Shown one piece after another: positions 11,872 to 24,715 of a stretch of 64,000 nt of DNA. Below the pieces are notes generated by a model. That model searched no databases. It had not been told where the DNA came from and worked only from the letters and a program-made list of their open reading frames with translations. The number at the start of each line of letters is the position of its first letter. Position 1 is the first letter of the stretch. The position numbers and the translations under genes are program-made. Origin of the DNA: Microthyrium microscopicum (taxonomy: Eukaryota); assembly GCA_010405405.1 (NCBI GenBank), contig MU004231.1, positions 3,280,401-3,344,400 on the forward strand. Direction: 5' to 3'.

Positions 11872-13176
11872 CTAGCGCCACAGCCCATACGGGCCGTTTG
11901 TGAATTTCCAAAGCTTTACGGTACCATCTTCACTACCAGTTGCATATAGTTTTCCATCGGGAGAGAAAGTACATGCCCATATTGGGCCGTGGTGACCTTT
12001 CCCCATTTCTGCCATCACTCGTTAGTAGCTTTTCGAGCCCATTGAAGCCATGTCACTGTCATACCTTTTTCTTTCCCCTCATCAAAGTCCCATACGCGCA
12101 CCCACGTATCACCAACCGTACCAGTCACAAACTTGCGTGATGCACCATGTAGAGCTACACTCGCAACCTCATAATCAGTCTTGATCTGCTTGATGAGTGT
12201 CGCAGGTCGTCCAGCGTCAAAGAAGTATACACTTTTGCCAGCTGCCACGCTCAAAGAACCCTGAGCGCTCTCTGTGAGCGGACTCGGGTCAATCTCGCAA
12301 GATCCCACTGTGCCATCTAGTTTATACTCGCCTACTGGCGCACGCGTCCGTAGATCCCACCATCGAAGCATCTGATCCTCGCTTGCTGTCACCAGTACGT
12401 TGCTATCGGGTGTCCAGACAACATTACGGATGGTGCCTTGGTGAACACCTGGGCCGATCTCGAAACTGGGTGCAGTAGTTGAGCCGTTACTTGGCACGAC
12501 AGTGCCACCATTAGCAGCAGGGGGTGTAGAGGTACCAGTAGCTGGGCTAGAATCTGATCGCGAGAGGTCGAAGATGCGGAGTTTCTTCTCCGCACCTCCT
12601 GTGGCGAGTATTTGAGGGCGGGCTTGGGGAGGAAATGCGATGCTACGGACGATATGCGAGTGTTGTAATGTATGAAGAGTTTCGCCAGTGTGAGTGTCCC
12701 AAACTTTGCTGTCAAAGGTCAGTTCGGTGCTCCAGCGACGTAGAGAGAGAAATACGCAGTGAAGTCGGCAGAACCGGTGGCGGCTAATGTAGCATCTTGA
12801 GAAAGTCGTGCTTGCCAAACAGCGCCTTTATGACCTATAAATGTGCCTATCCTACTACAAGTCAGATGGAGCTTATGGTATCAAGGCATGGGGCTTATAC
12901 CAATCTCCTGTCATCCCATCCCGCAACATAGGATTGTTGTCTGTTGCAAATTTGAGCTCCATGTTGTGACCATAGTGTATGAGAACCTACCTTTACATGC
13001 TGAAATCAGGTAGTATTGATCATCGTCAACGACCGCAGAGAAGTGTATGTGGGTAACAGGTCGCGAATGTCCATGGCAGGTCAAGGGCACAACTTTTGTA
13101 GTCTCTGTAGCAGGTTTAGATTCTTGGAAATATAAAATACCCATGATGATCAGTACTCACCAGCTGGAGCAGCCAT
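11872..13176 (-). CDS. STRAP/UNRIP-like WD40-repeat protein (multi-exon)
   Basis: N-terminal [21 protein letters not shown], multiple WD repeats and the C-terminus GHHGPIW...[19 protein letters not shown]. The first coding exon (16 nt, 13176-13161) is followed by a GTGAGT intron. Confidence 0.9.
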
Positions 13177-13620
13177 ACGAAGGAGCGTTCAAGTAGGGGC
13201 AGGGCGGGAGTGGTTCAGCTGGCAATGCTCATGGCCTCTGGGCGAGGCGGGGTAGATAATGTGACGGAACCAGCCAAGTAACAATGGCAGATATTATCCG
13301 GTCTTTGAGTCGTCGATGGTCGTGATCGTTTGTCTGTAGAGAAAATTATGCGCCAAAACGGTATTGTTGGGACCATAAACCAGAGGTGGAGGGGAGAATC
13401 GGTGGGAGTAGGTATGGTCAAGGAAAAGCAAAACAAATGCGGCAAGGGGCCAAGGTCCCTCCCCTAGTCGTATGCAAGGCTGAGAAAACGCCTATAAGGC
13501 TGACAGGGGGCAACGTGGATAGCCAGGCTGAACACAAGGATATTGCATCTATCATAGATTTGCTTTTGTTAACGTTTCTTATTTTCATGATTATATATCT
13601 TCTTAGTGCTACTACCAGTT

Positions 13621-15248
13621 CTAGTCCATTGGCGGATCCTCACTCAGCTCTGACGCAGGTAAATGACCAGTTCTGCTAATCTCATCCACGATCTTTTGAC
13701 CTTCTTCGTTAGTCGCGTCAATCACTCCTTCCTCGACGCTGAGAATTCCCCCTTCACTGAGTTGTCCTACAATTTCTTCAGCTTCGTCTACGCTCATCTT
13801 CCCGAGCACCTTGTTAATCTCATCCAGACTTCCTGTCTCTAATGCGCGCTGAAGACCTGGGGGAAAGCTATCGAAAATTCGACGGCCCACAATTTCATCT
13901 TCTGTTGGAGGTGGGTTTGTTGACGTAGCTGTTAGATCTGTGGGAATTGGGGGTGGAACGCGAATGTTGATGGTCGTATTAGGATCCACAGCATGTAGCT
14001 GAATCTGTTCCACGCCTCCTTCTCCTTCCTCCTCGCGTTGCTTTTGTAGCTCTTTGGCGCGAACTCTTATCTTCTGGTATGTGCCTTGAACGTCTTCAAT
14101 AAAAAGTTTGGAAGCATTATGATCCTTCGTGGTAATCCGTTTGAAGAACAACCCGACGCCATCTTTACCCAGTTGTCGACAGTACTGGATCAAAAGTGCT
14201 TGATGGACGCATTGTCTCGCGTAAACATCCTTGCCGTCTAGCTGCGCATTGAATGCCTCGACTAAGAGGCCATCACTATCTTTTTCGGTCAAGATGGATG
14301 GATTTTGTTGAACGAACTGTAAAGATGCCCGATAGTCTCCGTATGCAATTTTAGCGAAATGCTTTGCTGCTGGACTTGCAACAATGCTATCAGGGTCATC
14401 TGTTTTGGTGTCTTCCACATCAGCTTCCGCACCAGACGAGATGTCACCTGCAGCTGATTTTGGATTGAGCAACTCGACTTCTGTCGACTTTCCGCCAGCG
14501 GGCGATGTGTCTGCTTGATGCTTGGAAACCTGTCAAACCATTAGCATTCGTGGTAAAGTCGAAGGGAAAGGAACTCTACATGTGATGCGCTAAAACCCTC
14601 CTTCAAATCGTCACTTGTAATGTGCTTTGCTTGCTCCTTTTCAAGTTCTTGTAGTTTCGCGTTCAGCTCTTTTTGCAAGCCATCAACCTTGTCCTTATGC
14701 TCTGTAATGCCAGTAATGAAGCTTTCCAGCCTGTTTTCTCCTTTCTTCTCATCCACTTCATGCTTGACCTGATCCACTAGCGACGCCATCATTTTGGAAT
14801 ACCGCGGCTGTTCCTCTGTTTGCGAATGGACACCGGCCGGAGGTGCTGGTGGTTGGTCATCGGAAGGATCGCCGGCGGATTCGATTAATGACTGTAGGAC
14901 TAACTCATCTGCACGAGCAGCGGCATCTGGCTTGTGACTCTTCAAGGCTGTGAGGAGACGATTGATGCGCAGCAACAGGCCATCGTTGATTATGCGCTCG
15001 TATTTGAGTGTTTCGATGTGATGTTTTCGTTGGGCTCGGTCTTGATGTATCTGGGCCTGTTTGGCTCGGATGAAGGAACGCTTGTCAACGTTGGGATGAA
15101 CTTCGATATCCGAGTCGTCAGACAACTCTAGGTTATCCTGAGTGAAATCAGTATATTGTTTACAATATGATGAGCCCGCAAGCGCCTTGGTGAGTAGGGC
15201 CTTGATTAGAATTGATCAACATACCCACTTGCTGTAATCTACTGGCAT
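13621..15248 (-). CDS. CDC37: Hsp90 kinase co-chaperone Cdc37; introns 15224-15138 and about 14579-14530
   Basis: Diagnostic N-terminus MPVDYSKW-DNLELSDDSDIEVHPNVDKRSFIRAKQ, middle HQALLIQYCRQLG, and C-terminal FDSFPPGLQRALETGSLDEINKVLG. Confidence 0.96.
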
Positions 15249-15338
15249 TGTGACTCGTACAGGATATAAGCGACAGAGTAGGGAAGGAAAGGGTTATAAC
15301 GCAGGACATGTATAGCTACAGTATGGCAGGTCGAAAGC

Positions 15339-15358
15339 AGAACATTCTTTGAGCTTCC
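15339..15358. promoter_or_regulatory. Candidate gap-type heat-shock element in the CDC37/MDL1 divergent promoter
   Basis: GAA(15340)-CA-TTC-N7-TTC(15357) matches nGAAnnTTCn(N5)nTTCn. It lies about 90 bp upstream of the CDC37 ATG, next to a TTATAA at 15294-15299. Confidence 0.5.
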
Positions 15359-15638
15359 AAAGGTTTGGATCAATTTGGCGGGGAGCTTAAACGTCAACAT
15401 CAGGTTGCCGACCAATCCCTGTCGTTCGGACCGAAGACAAAACTGACCTTAGCTTTACTGACTAAGCCAAGATCGTCGAAAGACGCCATCATGAAGTTGC
15501 TTGTAGATGCCAATGTCCATCCTCGTCTTGTAACGCATCAAACCCCTATTCTTGGTCGGTCGTAATGATAAACTCCAAATCGATAACGTCCAAATCCCCT
15601 CTCCGGTAGCCTGCCGTCACTCTTCAACCTCTTTAGGC

Positions 15639-18037
15639 ATGCGGGCACTAAACCTTCTCAAATCCGCGACCACGAGCGGCGCCTTGTCGACGCGAATTAC
15701 CCCAGGAATACCACGTGGATCCAGGGCACGCGTTCCGATATCTGGTCCGAAGGAACAATTGGGTTTGAAGACCTCGTTGAAGTCTTTCCATCCCATCCGC
15801 GAATATGGAAGCTCATTACAGATGTCTCGAGGAGCACGGAAACAGTCTCATCAATCCCTACAAATCACATCTATAATACAACGGCGCTTTGAATCATCGA
15901 CTCCCCGTCCGACTGCTACTCAAGCCCCCGCGCGAAAGCTTACACTCGAGGAACAAGAGGAGTCTAGACCGAAGCGAACTGAGGAGGAACATGACGAGGA
16001 TGACGGACTTGAAGAGTTTGGAAGGTCGGACCGCGCAAATGCTGCTTCACAACTTAATTTGACCGCAAAGCTGAGCAAAGAGAGCGCAAAGACACAACGG
16101 CCGGCTTTCAGAGAAGTGTGGAGATTGTTAAAGATTGCTGGACCGGAAAAGTCCACACTTGGCATAGCATTTTCTCTGCTGCTGGTCTCATCAGCAATTT
16201 CTCTATCGATTCCCTGGGCGATTGGAAAGATTATGGATATTGCAAGCAAAGGAGAAGGTGGTCAGATTACCCTGTTTGGTATTGAACCTGCCATATTCTA
16301 CACGTCTTTCGGTGCTCTACTTTTGCTTGGTGCTTCTGCCAATTTTGGCAGAGTTATTCTCTTGCGAATAGTGGGAGAGAGAATCGTTGCCAGACTTAGG
16401 TCGAAGCTTTTTAAGAAAACCATGGTCCAGAACGCAGAATTCTTCGATGCCAATCGTGTTGGTGATCTGATCTCGAGACTGGGAGCCGATACTACAATCG
16501 TTGGCAAGAGTATTACACAGAACTTGTCGGATGGTCTCAGAGCGCTCGTCAGTGGAAGTGCTGGTCTTGCTATGATGACTTGGACGAGTCCTCATTTGAC
16601 TAGCGTTCTATTCTTCATGCTACCACCATTTGCTGGATGCGCTTTCTTCTTTGGTCGTGCCATTCGAAATCTAAGCCGACAAATTCAAAAGAACTTGGGA
16701 ACCTTGACCAAAATTGCAGAGGAGAGACTTGGCAATGTCAAAACATCTCAAGCGTTTGTTGGAGAAGGACCTGAAGTTGGAAGATATAACAAGCAGGTTC
16801 GAAAAATCTTTACACTTGGAAAGAAAGACGCATGGCTGAACGCTACCTTCTTTGGAACTTCTGGGCTCTTGGGCAACTTGACCATTCTAGCCTTGCTCTA
16901 CGTCGGTGGCGGCATGGTCCAGTCAGGTGCAATAACAGTCGGACAATTGTCTTCCTTCCTTCTATATGCTGGCTTTGCTGGATCCAGTATGTTCGGCTTA
17001 TCAGGCTTCTACTCTGAACTCATGAAAGGTAGCGGCGCTGCCAGTCGATTGTTTGAACTTCAAGATCGGCAACCTAGCTCCTATCCCACTGTTGGACAAC
17101 CGGTCAAATCTGCCAGAGGTCCAATTGAGTTTACAGGTGTCGAATTCAGTTACCCAACACGACCGGCGGTGAAGATTTTCCATGACTTAACTTTCCGAAT
17201 AGCAGAAGGCAGCAATGTGGCTATTGTTGCGCCCAGTGGAGCAGGAAAATCTACAGTTGCTCAGCTATTGTTGCGATTCTATGTTCCCACTAAAGGAACA
17301 ATTACCATCAACGGGAAAGACATAGCCGGCATGAATGCCAAACAACTTCGCCGGAAAATTGGATACGTCGGACAAGAGCCTGTGCTGTTCTCTGGTTCAG
17401 TGGCAGATAACATTGCCTACGGACGGCCAAGTGCTTCAAGGGCCGACATTATCATTGCTGCCAGAAAAGCAAATTGTCACTTCATAAGTGATTTCGTAAG
17501 TACATATCACTACCTGCTTACCAACTCGCTAACTATATTTAGCCCGAGGGACTTGATACCCAGGTAGGCGCTCGTGGAACTCAATTATCTGGCGGCCAAA
17601 AGCAGCGTATTGCTATTGCGCGCGCACTACTGAAAAATCCCGACATCCTTATCCTCGATGAAGCAACAAGTGCCTTGGATGCGGAGTCAGAAAGCCTGGT
17701 TAATCAAGCTCTAGCTGTGTTGCTCAAGGGGAACAACACCACCATCAGTATTGCGCATCGACTTAGCACAATTAAACGTAGTGACAGGGTCATTGTCATT
17801 GGCAACGATGGTACTATTGCTGAAGAAGGTACATACAAAGACCTGAGTACTCGCGAAAACGGCGCCTTTAGCCAGCTTATGCAGTGGCAACTTACCGGTG
17901 AAGACACCGAGCCAAAGGCGCCAAAGCCAAGTGAGAAGGAAGAAATACAGTACAACTTGGAACATGAAGAGGAAGTCGAAGAGCATGAAGCAGAAACCGT
18001 AGAGCAGGAAAGGAAGGACACGAGTTCCAAGTCGTAG
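15639..18037 (+). CDS. MDL1: Mitochondrial ABCB half-transporter (Mdl1/ABCB10-like); intron 17496-17542
   Basis: Arg/Ser-rich presequence-like N-terminus and ABC transmembrane domain ([14 protein letters not shown]). Walker [11 protein letters not shown]-loop VGQEPVLF, signature LSGGQKQR, Walker [11 protein letters not shown] and the IAHRLST motif. Confidence 0.92.
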
Positions 18038-18523
18038 CATGCCACCACTCCGATAGTCTAGCTACAATAATCGAACGCATCAACGACCCATGGCGGAGCA
18101 GCATCGAGCATAACACGGCGTTTCCTGGAACAGCTAAATTCCCCTAACATTTGCCTTGGATTGGAAACACCTCACTCTGGACGGGATTTGTTTTAGTCTA
18201 TGTAGGCAGCATGTAGACTATCACCTGAGATGCGCGCTGCGATCTCATGTACATATGTAATTTTTCTTCTCCACGTTCTCAACCGCCTATTCTGTTCTGC
18301 ATTCCGTGTGGCTATTCATGAAAGAATGCTTCAACTTCATTCCGCCCCTGTCTCCCTTATTCTGTCAGCAGAACCACCAACGAACCAACTTCAACATCCT
18401 AAACTGCCATTAGGAAATATTAGGTTCTAACTGCGTCGTAAGTTAAGCATACTTTTATCAGCAACAATAATCTGAAAACGAATAGGTCCATTGTTCTTCT
18501 GTTCACTAGCACTGGCTCTCGCC

Positions 18524-18802
18524 ATGGCTACGACTTCATCAATACCCTTTCTCGTGCAGGAAGAAAATACGAATACTCAAACAACGCACGGCTGGACCAT
18601 TGCCGTCGCAGTCTTTGCAATTCTCGGATTTCTGGGACTGATCACCATGTGTATGACCTATCGACCACGAGGACCACGCCCAACAATTGGTCAAGATCCA
18701 CATAACAAGACGATTTCTGATGAGTACTCTCGGCGACAAATGGAGCATGATATAATTCATCAGAGAGCTGCCGCTGGGTATGACGCATATCGTGGCAATT
18801 GA
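18524..18802 (+). CDS. Small single-pass membrane protein (92 aa), hypothetical
   Basis: ATG in GCCATGG context, one strong TM helix (WTIAVAVFAILGFLGLITMCM) followed by basic residues. No family recognised. Confidence 0.5.
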   Translation: MATTSSIPFLVQEENTNTQTTHGWTIAVAVFAILGFLGLITMCMTYRPRGPRPTIGQDPHNKTISDEYSRRQMEHDIIHQRAAAGYDAYRGN

Positions 18803-19399
18803 ATGGATCGGTCTTGTAGCTGGCATTCTAGCAGTAGTACCAGGTTACGATTCCGGCATCAGTTTCAATTCAATCTGATACGCAAAGTCCTAGTCGTAGA
18901 ATAACTGTTTCAATTAATCAATTTGGTCAATTCATCAACTCTAATTCTCTAGCCGAGAAAACGAGTATATCATACCAGACAATTATGCTCCTAACGATTT
19001 GGACTGATAACATATCTAAGATATTGACATCCATTATTTTTAGTCATCATGATAGCAAAAGTAGACGCCCCTTTGGGTATCTGCTAATGATTGCCGCCCG
19101 GAGCAGCGCAGTCGCTTCCAGAGAGATGGCGCAGAAAGTCATTTTCTCCTTTTGAAGAGAAGTGATATGGTTCGCGCCGCCAGTAATATCGCCAGGAGTT
19201 TGTACTACCGAGCTGTAGGTTGCCGGTGTCCTATATGTAACCAAAATGATGTTTCAAGCAATTAATGAGTCAATTTTGTGCTGCATATCATTCAGTCACT
19301 ACTAGAGCCTTGTCCTAGATACTTGTATAGCGAACCTCAGTATTTGCTGAGGACTCTAAAAATGCAGCAATCGACTACAAAACACCAACCTTGCTCATC

Positions 19400-20345
19400 C
19401 GCGTATAATCGATACTGAGAGTCTGCAAAGAACTATTGAATGTTAGAGGTCCATTAGCCTGTCCACGAAGACACCGGCTACTGCTTGTCTGAACCCTCTT
19501 GAACAACTCGAATTTCCCAGGTTCGGGTGGACTCAGTCATTCCAACCCGGATATTGTAAATCTAAGCCTTCTTTTCTTCGAGAGCAATTTGTTGATCCTT
19601 TCCAATATGATTTTTTTTGGTTCTAGAGTAGACAGTATCTCCCGGTGAACACGATACGCAGCTGGATCAAATTCTTGAACCCTGGAATTCTATCAAGCTC
19701 AAGTGAAAGCTGTCTCCAGCAGCTCTACGTATCCCTTTCGCATGAAGGTGTCCATGCTGCTGAACTGATGAACAAGGAATCAATGTTTAGACAAAGTTTC
19801 GTGATACGGTGACTCTAAAAATGCTTGATGAACCAGGTATCCGCAAAGACCTCGTAATTACTTCCAGAACTGAAGAATGTGTTTTCTCTATACATGACTG
19901 CTTTTGCTAGCCTCCTTATGTGTCTGTTTGTGCGAAGAAGCGATGAGCATTATCCGCATCTACAGGTGCTCGAATATGTCAGACTTGGTCGTTTACAGGA
20001 ACAGGAGCCAAAGTCTTGGGGAAATGCATGCTCTGTATCCGTACAGTATCTACAACAATCTGCTTTGACTTACTTGCTGCGTTCACTGAGCGGAATACCG
20101 GGCCTTGAATCTGCGACCAAGTCAGTATGATGCAGTACCATCTCCTGAAACTCTATTGCAGTCGCAGAAAATGGAACGGGCTGCCATTGGACTGTGAACG
20201 GTGCCGAGATGTGCTGAACATGAATCTATGGACTTCCAGTATTCTGATATTTCTCGTTCTTGCCATATATTTTTCTACGCCGTTGAAGGACTACGTGAGT
20301 TGGCAACCTTCCAAGCAGGCAAATGTGAACTATGGTAAAGGTAGC
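19400..20345 (+). pseudogene. Possible decayed NACHT/ankyrin (NLR-like) gene fragment
   Basis: Broken frames contain LRVCKELLNV (cf. RCKGLLEV), YDFF..*SRQYL (cf. VDFLHRTVRDYL) and LVLAIY...QANVNYG (ankyrin-like). Many stops, and the resemblance is weak. Confidence 0.25.
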
Positions 20346-23300
20346 AGAATGGTCCTACAACTGATATCGTACCAGTAAGATAAATCGTTGATCCTGGTAA
20401 TAGTAGAATACTTCCTCATATCAGGACTTCTGTGTATAGTCTTACCCTGTACTCAATCAATCTTTTCATTCAATTAGTAGGAGCGCTCTACTAAACCACC
20501 TCATATCATGCCGACACAGCGGTCAAAATGTCACGATCTCCATAATACATACATCGACCACCCTTGGTTCAGCGCATTAGCAGAACTAGGCGTCATCAAA
20601 GGTACTGAATTACGCCCCATGAGCATAAGCATCCCAGTCGTTTCGCCCACGTGCCATATCAACGCTTTTCGTAACTATTAGTGCCCACATATGCACACGG
20701 AGTCTTCTCCGGTCCGCTTTCAGACATGAGCTCAAAGTGGTTGACGAGCCTCACGGAGTCGTCTCCGGCTGTGAAACAGACGTCATTGTGATATCGTCAT
20801 CATGTTCCCGGATGGCTGTCTGCCGATCAGCGTAGCTTCCTGTCGTGTCATACAGATGATGTCTTTCCCCCCTAGCTCATTCCTGACGAAGCTGACAGCA
20901 GGGTACTATAGGGTGTGCCATGGGTTCACTGCCATGTCATCGTGATGGTTTACGGGTGATAGTTCTGGTGTAGATGTTCCAGTGATTCGGGAAGGAGGCG
21001 AGAGATTGGAGGCGTTGGTCGATGTATGGCGTGTGGTGAGATGTAAAGGTTTGTAGGAGGCAACTTCAGATAATAAGTAGCGCAGATGATGGTCCTGTTT
21101 GAGCACTGATGAGCAGAGCTTGAGTGTGGTGTGGTGGATATTTTATTGTCTTGAAGTGAGTTGATCTATCGCGATCTGTGGGATATTATCACTCCCGCTT
21201 GTAAATTTCATGCACTCGTGTAATCCTCATCAATGATTAAAGATAGCATAAGCTCCTTTATGCTCAAACACCAATTTTCTCAGCTGTGACGAACCCATAC
21301 ACTTAGCAAGGTAGAATATACAATCAGCATCTGATCGCTCCACAACCAGATCAATTTGCGATATGCATCAATTGGACCAAACCATGGTGTCCCCTCAAAG
21401 AATTACGTAGCGTCCAGGATATTTTATGTTCCGAAGAATAGGTCTGAAATATTGAGACACGGGATGAATCCAGGGACGAAGAGCATCATCGTGACGCAGA
21501 AGGCGGCAAGGCTGAAGCAGACCCTTAAAGGGCACGCCACCAATGACAAGCTGATCGACGGGTGGTTGGACTCTGAGCATCGCGCAAACGACCTGGAGTC
21601 AAAAAAAGTCGTGGCGTTTCCCGCTTTGTGACATCACTTTAAGCAAGGACCATGGTCCAGGCCGTACGATCTTCTTTGCCATTAATGGGAAAGATGTACT
21701 TGTACTCTATGTTAAGGAAATACAAGTAAACAACATTTAGAGACAGAGATAAGTGTTAAAAAGTTAAGAACATCACGCAGGAGGCGGATCGTGGAGGTTA
21801 AAAGTTCGATTAGCAAACTGTCATTAGCGTGATGAAATAGATTATTTATATCGTTCTATCCACGCACTACTCACGGCATTTGCCAGTAATGTTTGGCGGA
21901 GCCGCGATGCTTTGTTAGTTCCACCATTACTCTAATTACAGGTGCTGAATATGGTTCCGAAAAACTATGGAGTGACGTAATCCGCCAAGCCACCACAACA
22001 GCATATGATTTACAATTTCCAGTGTCGAATTCCCAGCCTTTCGTGCATTGATCTAGAAAGGCATTGTTGCAGAGTCTTTCTGAGTTTTGATGGAGTGGTA
22101 ATTACAGCATGGGATATAGCATTTTATGTGCAAACTGGCACCAGCATGCTCTGGCAGTTCTAGTATAATTCAGGACATGAACTAACGATGGTACATTAAT
22201 GTCTGTAATAATCACGTTCTAGCAATTAGCCAACCAGGTCGTGGAACTTATCTTTCTGGGGTTTACTGTCGGGCATCACCATACTATATACACAATAGAT
22301 GATAATCCCTTCTAAAGGTAGACTAGTTTTGTGTCTCTAAGTCCATGAATGGTGTACACGCAGATGCAGCAACAGGGTACCTGGTAGGATAGGACCACAG
22401 ATGGAGAGAGATGCATTATCCAGTTGCATAACATGCGGGGAGGGTATTTAACCGGCCAAATAATGCAAGACGGCACGCTGCAAGACCCTGCAAGACCCTG
22501 CAAGCCTCATGTTCGAATAAAGTTCATTCGATGAATGTATTTGGACTCTTGGTGATGTGCACATGGATGCATTACACCGGTATACACACAATCGTCATTG
22601 GTTGTAGTTGCTATCGTGATATATACCGGAACCGACAAACTTTGACAGCATTCTTAAGTTTCCGCCACCTACCAATATCTATCACAGCGTGCACAGATAT
22701 AACCTCACAGCTTTAGCTTTTTCTAGACGTCTTCTGGCAGACTGGCACTGATCAGCGCGCTTGGACATTTGTACCAACTCATGCAGGGTCTTCAATGTTG
22801 TTGACTTTCCGACTATTGAGCCAGTCAGAAGCCACCGATTGAAAGGGCCTGGTTAGCACTGTAGCAGCGATTATCACTTACCACTTTTAGGATGGGCAAC
22901 AGGCCACAAAGGAGTGAAAGGGTCTTGTCTTGGCTTGTTTTAGTTTCCATTTAAAAGTTTACAGGTATCTTAGAACGCTCTTTCCCTTGGCACTAGATCG
23001 TCATGATGATATCTTACCACTAACCGGACCATCACTACGTTAGTACGTGCTAGGTAGCCTCTACTACTACTCTAGGTATGCATGATGCTGGGGTACAAAC
23101 CGCGTCATATTTGAGGCCGGCCTTTGAACCTTCGCCTGATACAGCCATTATCTACCTCCCTGTCTCCCTACCTTTTTGATAAAGCCGCTCCATATCACCC
23201 ACACTCTCATAATTCCCATATCACTTCAAATCCTCACAATTCCATACCACAAACAATCCCATTCATACCAAATTCGTACCATCAAAACCATCACGCAAAC

Positions 23301-23397
23301 ACCAACAAGCCAATCCCAACAAACGTCTACCAGCAATCACTCAGAACTCCCAATCATACCAAAACCACATTCGCCACCTTCCTCACCCACAAATTCC

Positions 23398-23664
23398 ATG
23401 TCTTCTTCCATCATGGGTTCTCAACCACATCCATCCGCCGCCCCATCAGGCTTTGACGACCAAGGACAATACGAAAACACCGTCGCTGCCCAAGAAGACT
23501 TTGCAACCCACTGCAACAATCTCCAACATCCAGACGCTGCCATGTCAGAGTACGCCAAGTACATGCTCGCTCACACCAAGCGACAAATGGACCAAGCAGT
23601 CAATGTTGCTCGCTCGCGATCGTCGAGTACCGACCTTACAAGCGTCAGCTCAACTTCATCATGA
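23398..23664 (+). CDS. Small fungal protein (88 aa), unknown function
   Basis: C/A-rich leader, coding-like codon usage and the helical motif AMSEYAKYMLAHTKRQM, which resembles a recurrent filamentous-ascomycete small-protein motif (from memory, not searched). Confidence 0.7.
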   Translation: MSSSIMGSQPHPSAAPSGFDDQGQYENTVAAQEDFATHCNNLQHPDAAMSEYAKYMLAHTKRQMDQAVNVARSRSSSTDLTSVSSTSS

Positions 23665-24715
23665 GCTAGATTGTTTTGAAGCATTGCATACCAAATTCAT
23701 CATGCTATCATGTCATCTACCTGGAAAAGAACAGGTTCATCATCCATCTCTCTACAGTATGTGGATGGAATTAGTCCACTTCATTACCTCATAGCGTCTT
23801 GTCACGATATTTGACATTCGGCGTATACGAGTTGCTGTTTTTCCGTTGTTCATTTGAATGAACTATCATTTTGGACGGAGTAGAGCTTTCGGTCAGATGT
23901 GCCTTGTGGGGATGTTGGGCATAGTTTTAAGACGTTATGAATGTTTGATCATAACGAGCTATCTGTATTTATAGAGCGAGAATGATAGAAGCATCTACTG
24001 AAAGTCCAATCTTTGTCGTCTAAACTTGTATTCGTGACTTCTTCGCTTCATCTCCAACGTGGCTTTAGAACTGGTTAAGTGCGATACGCATATGTCGATA
24101 GATTGGGTACCGTGGGACGACGTCGATATTCTCACTACTACATGCTCTTCCATCGTTTTTTACTCTCTTCACAAATTGAAGGTTTACCTCTACACAATCA
24201 TACATTAATCTATAGTGCGATCGCTCATTCCAACCTCGTTCGGACCTATCTAGCAATCAATTCTTCAGAATGTCTACCGCCATAGGTACACGCATGCGAT
24301 GAACAGAGCATAATTCATAGCCTTTGCCAGTAAGCAATGTTCAATCACCCAACTTCTTCTGCTCCATATAGCCTCAAAAGCCCGTATCTACGTCCGTCTC
24401 GACGATCTGTATCCTATTGGTTACAGAATCAAGAACTTCAGTTCCAGTACATTTTAAATTACTCGTTCAAAATCTATCGGTCCACCTTCGTGGTAGTTTC
24501 TTCACCTTCCTCAAGAGTTGAAGCCTTTAATAGTGATTTCAATTCACAGCCCAAAAATATAAGCTCATCACAATATATGCATACATGCGTGCTTAGAAAG
24601 AAAAACAATGACCATCAATCAAAAGAAGAGAATGATGAATTCGCTAACAAAAACATGGGTATTTCCCAACCAACTCAACTTTCAATAATCACACACTACC
24701 CCAAATGCATGCTAT

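Noticed and set aside
17229..17255. Walker A of the ABC transporter begins with Ala (APSGAGKST)
   Set aside because: It fits the general [AG]xxxxGK[ST] P-loop pattern, so it is not evidence of inactivation.
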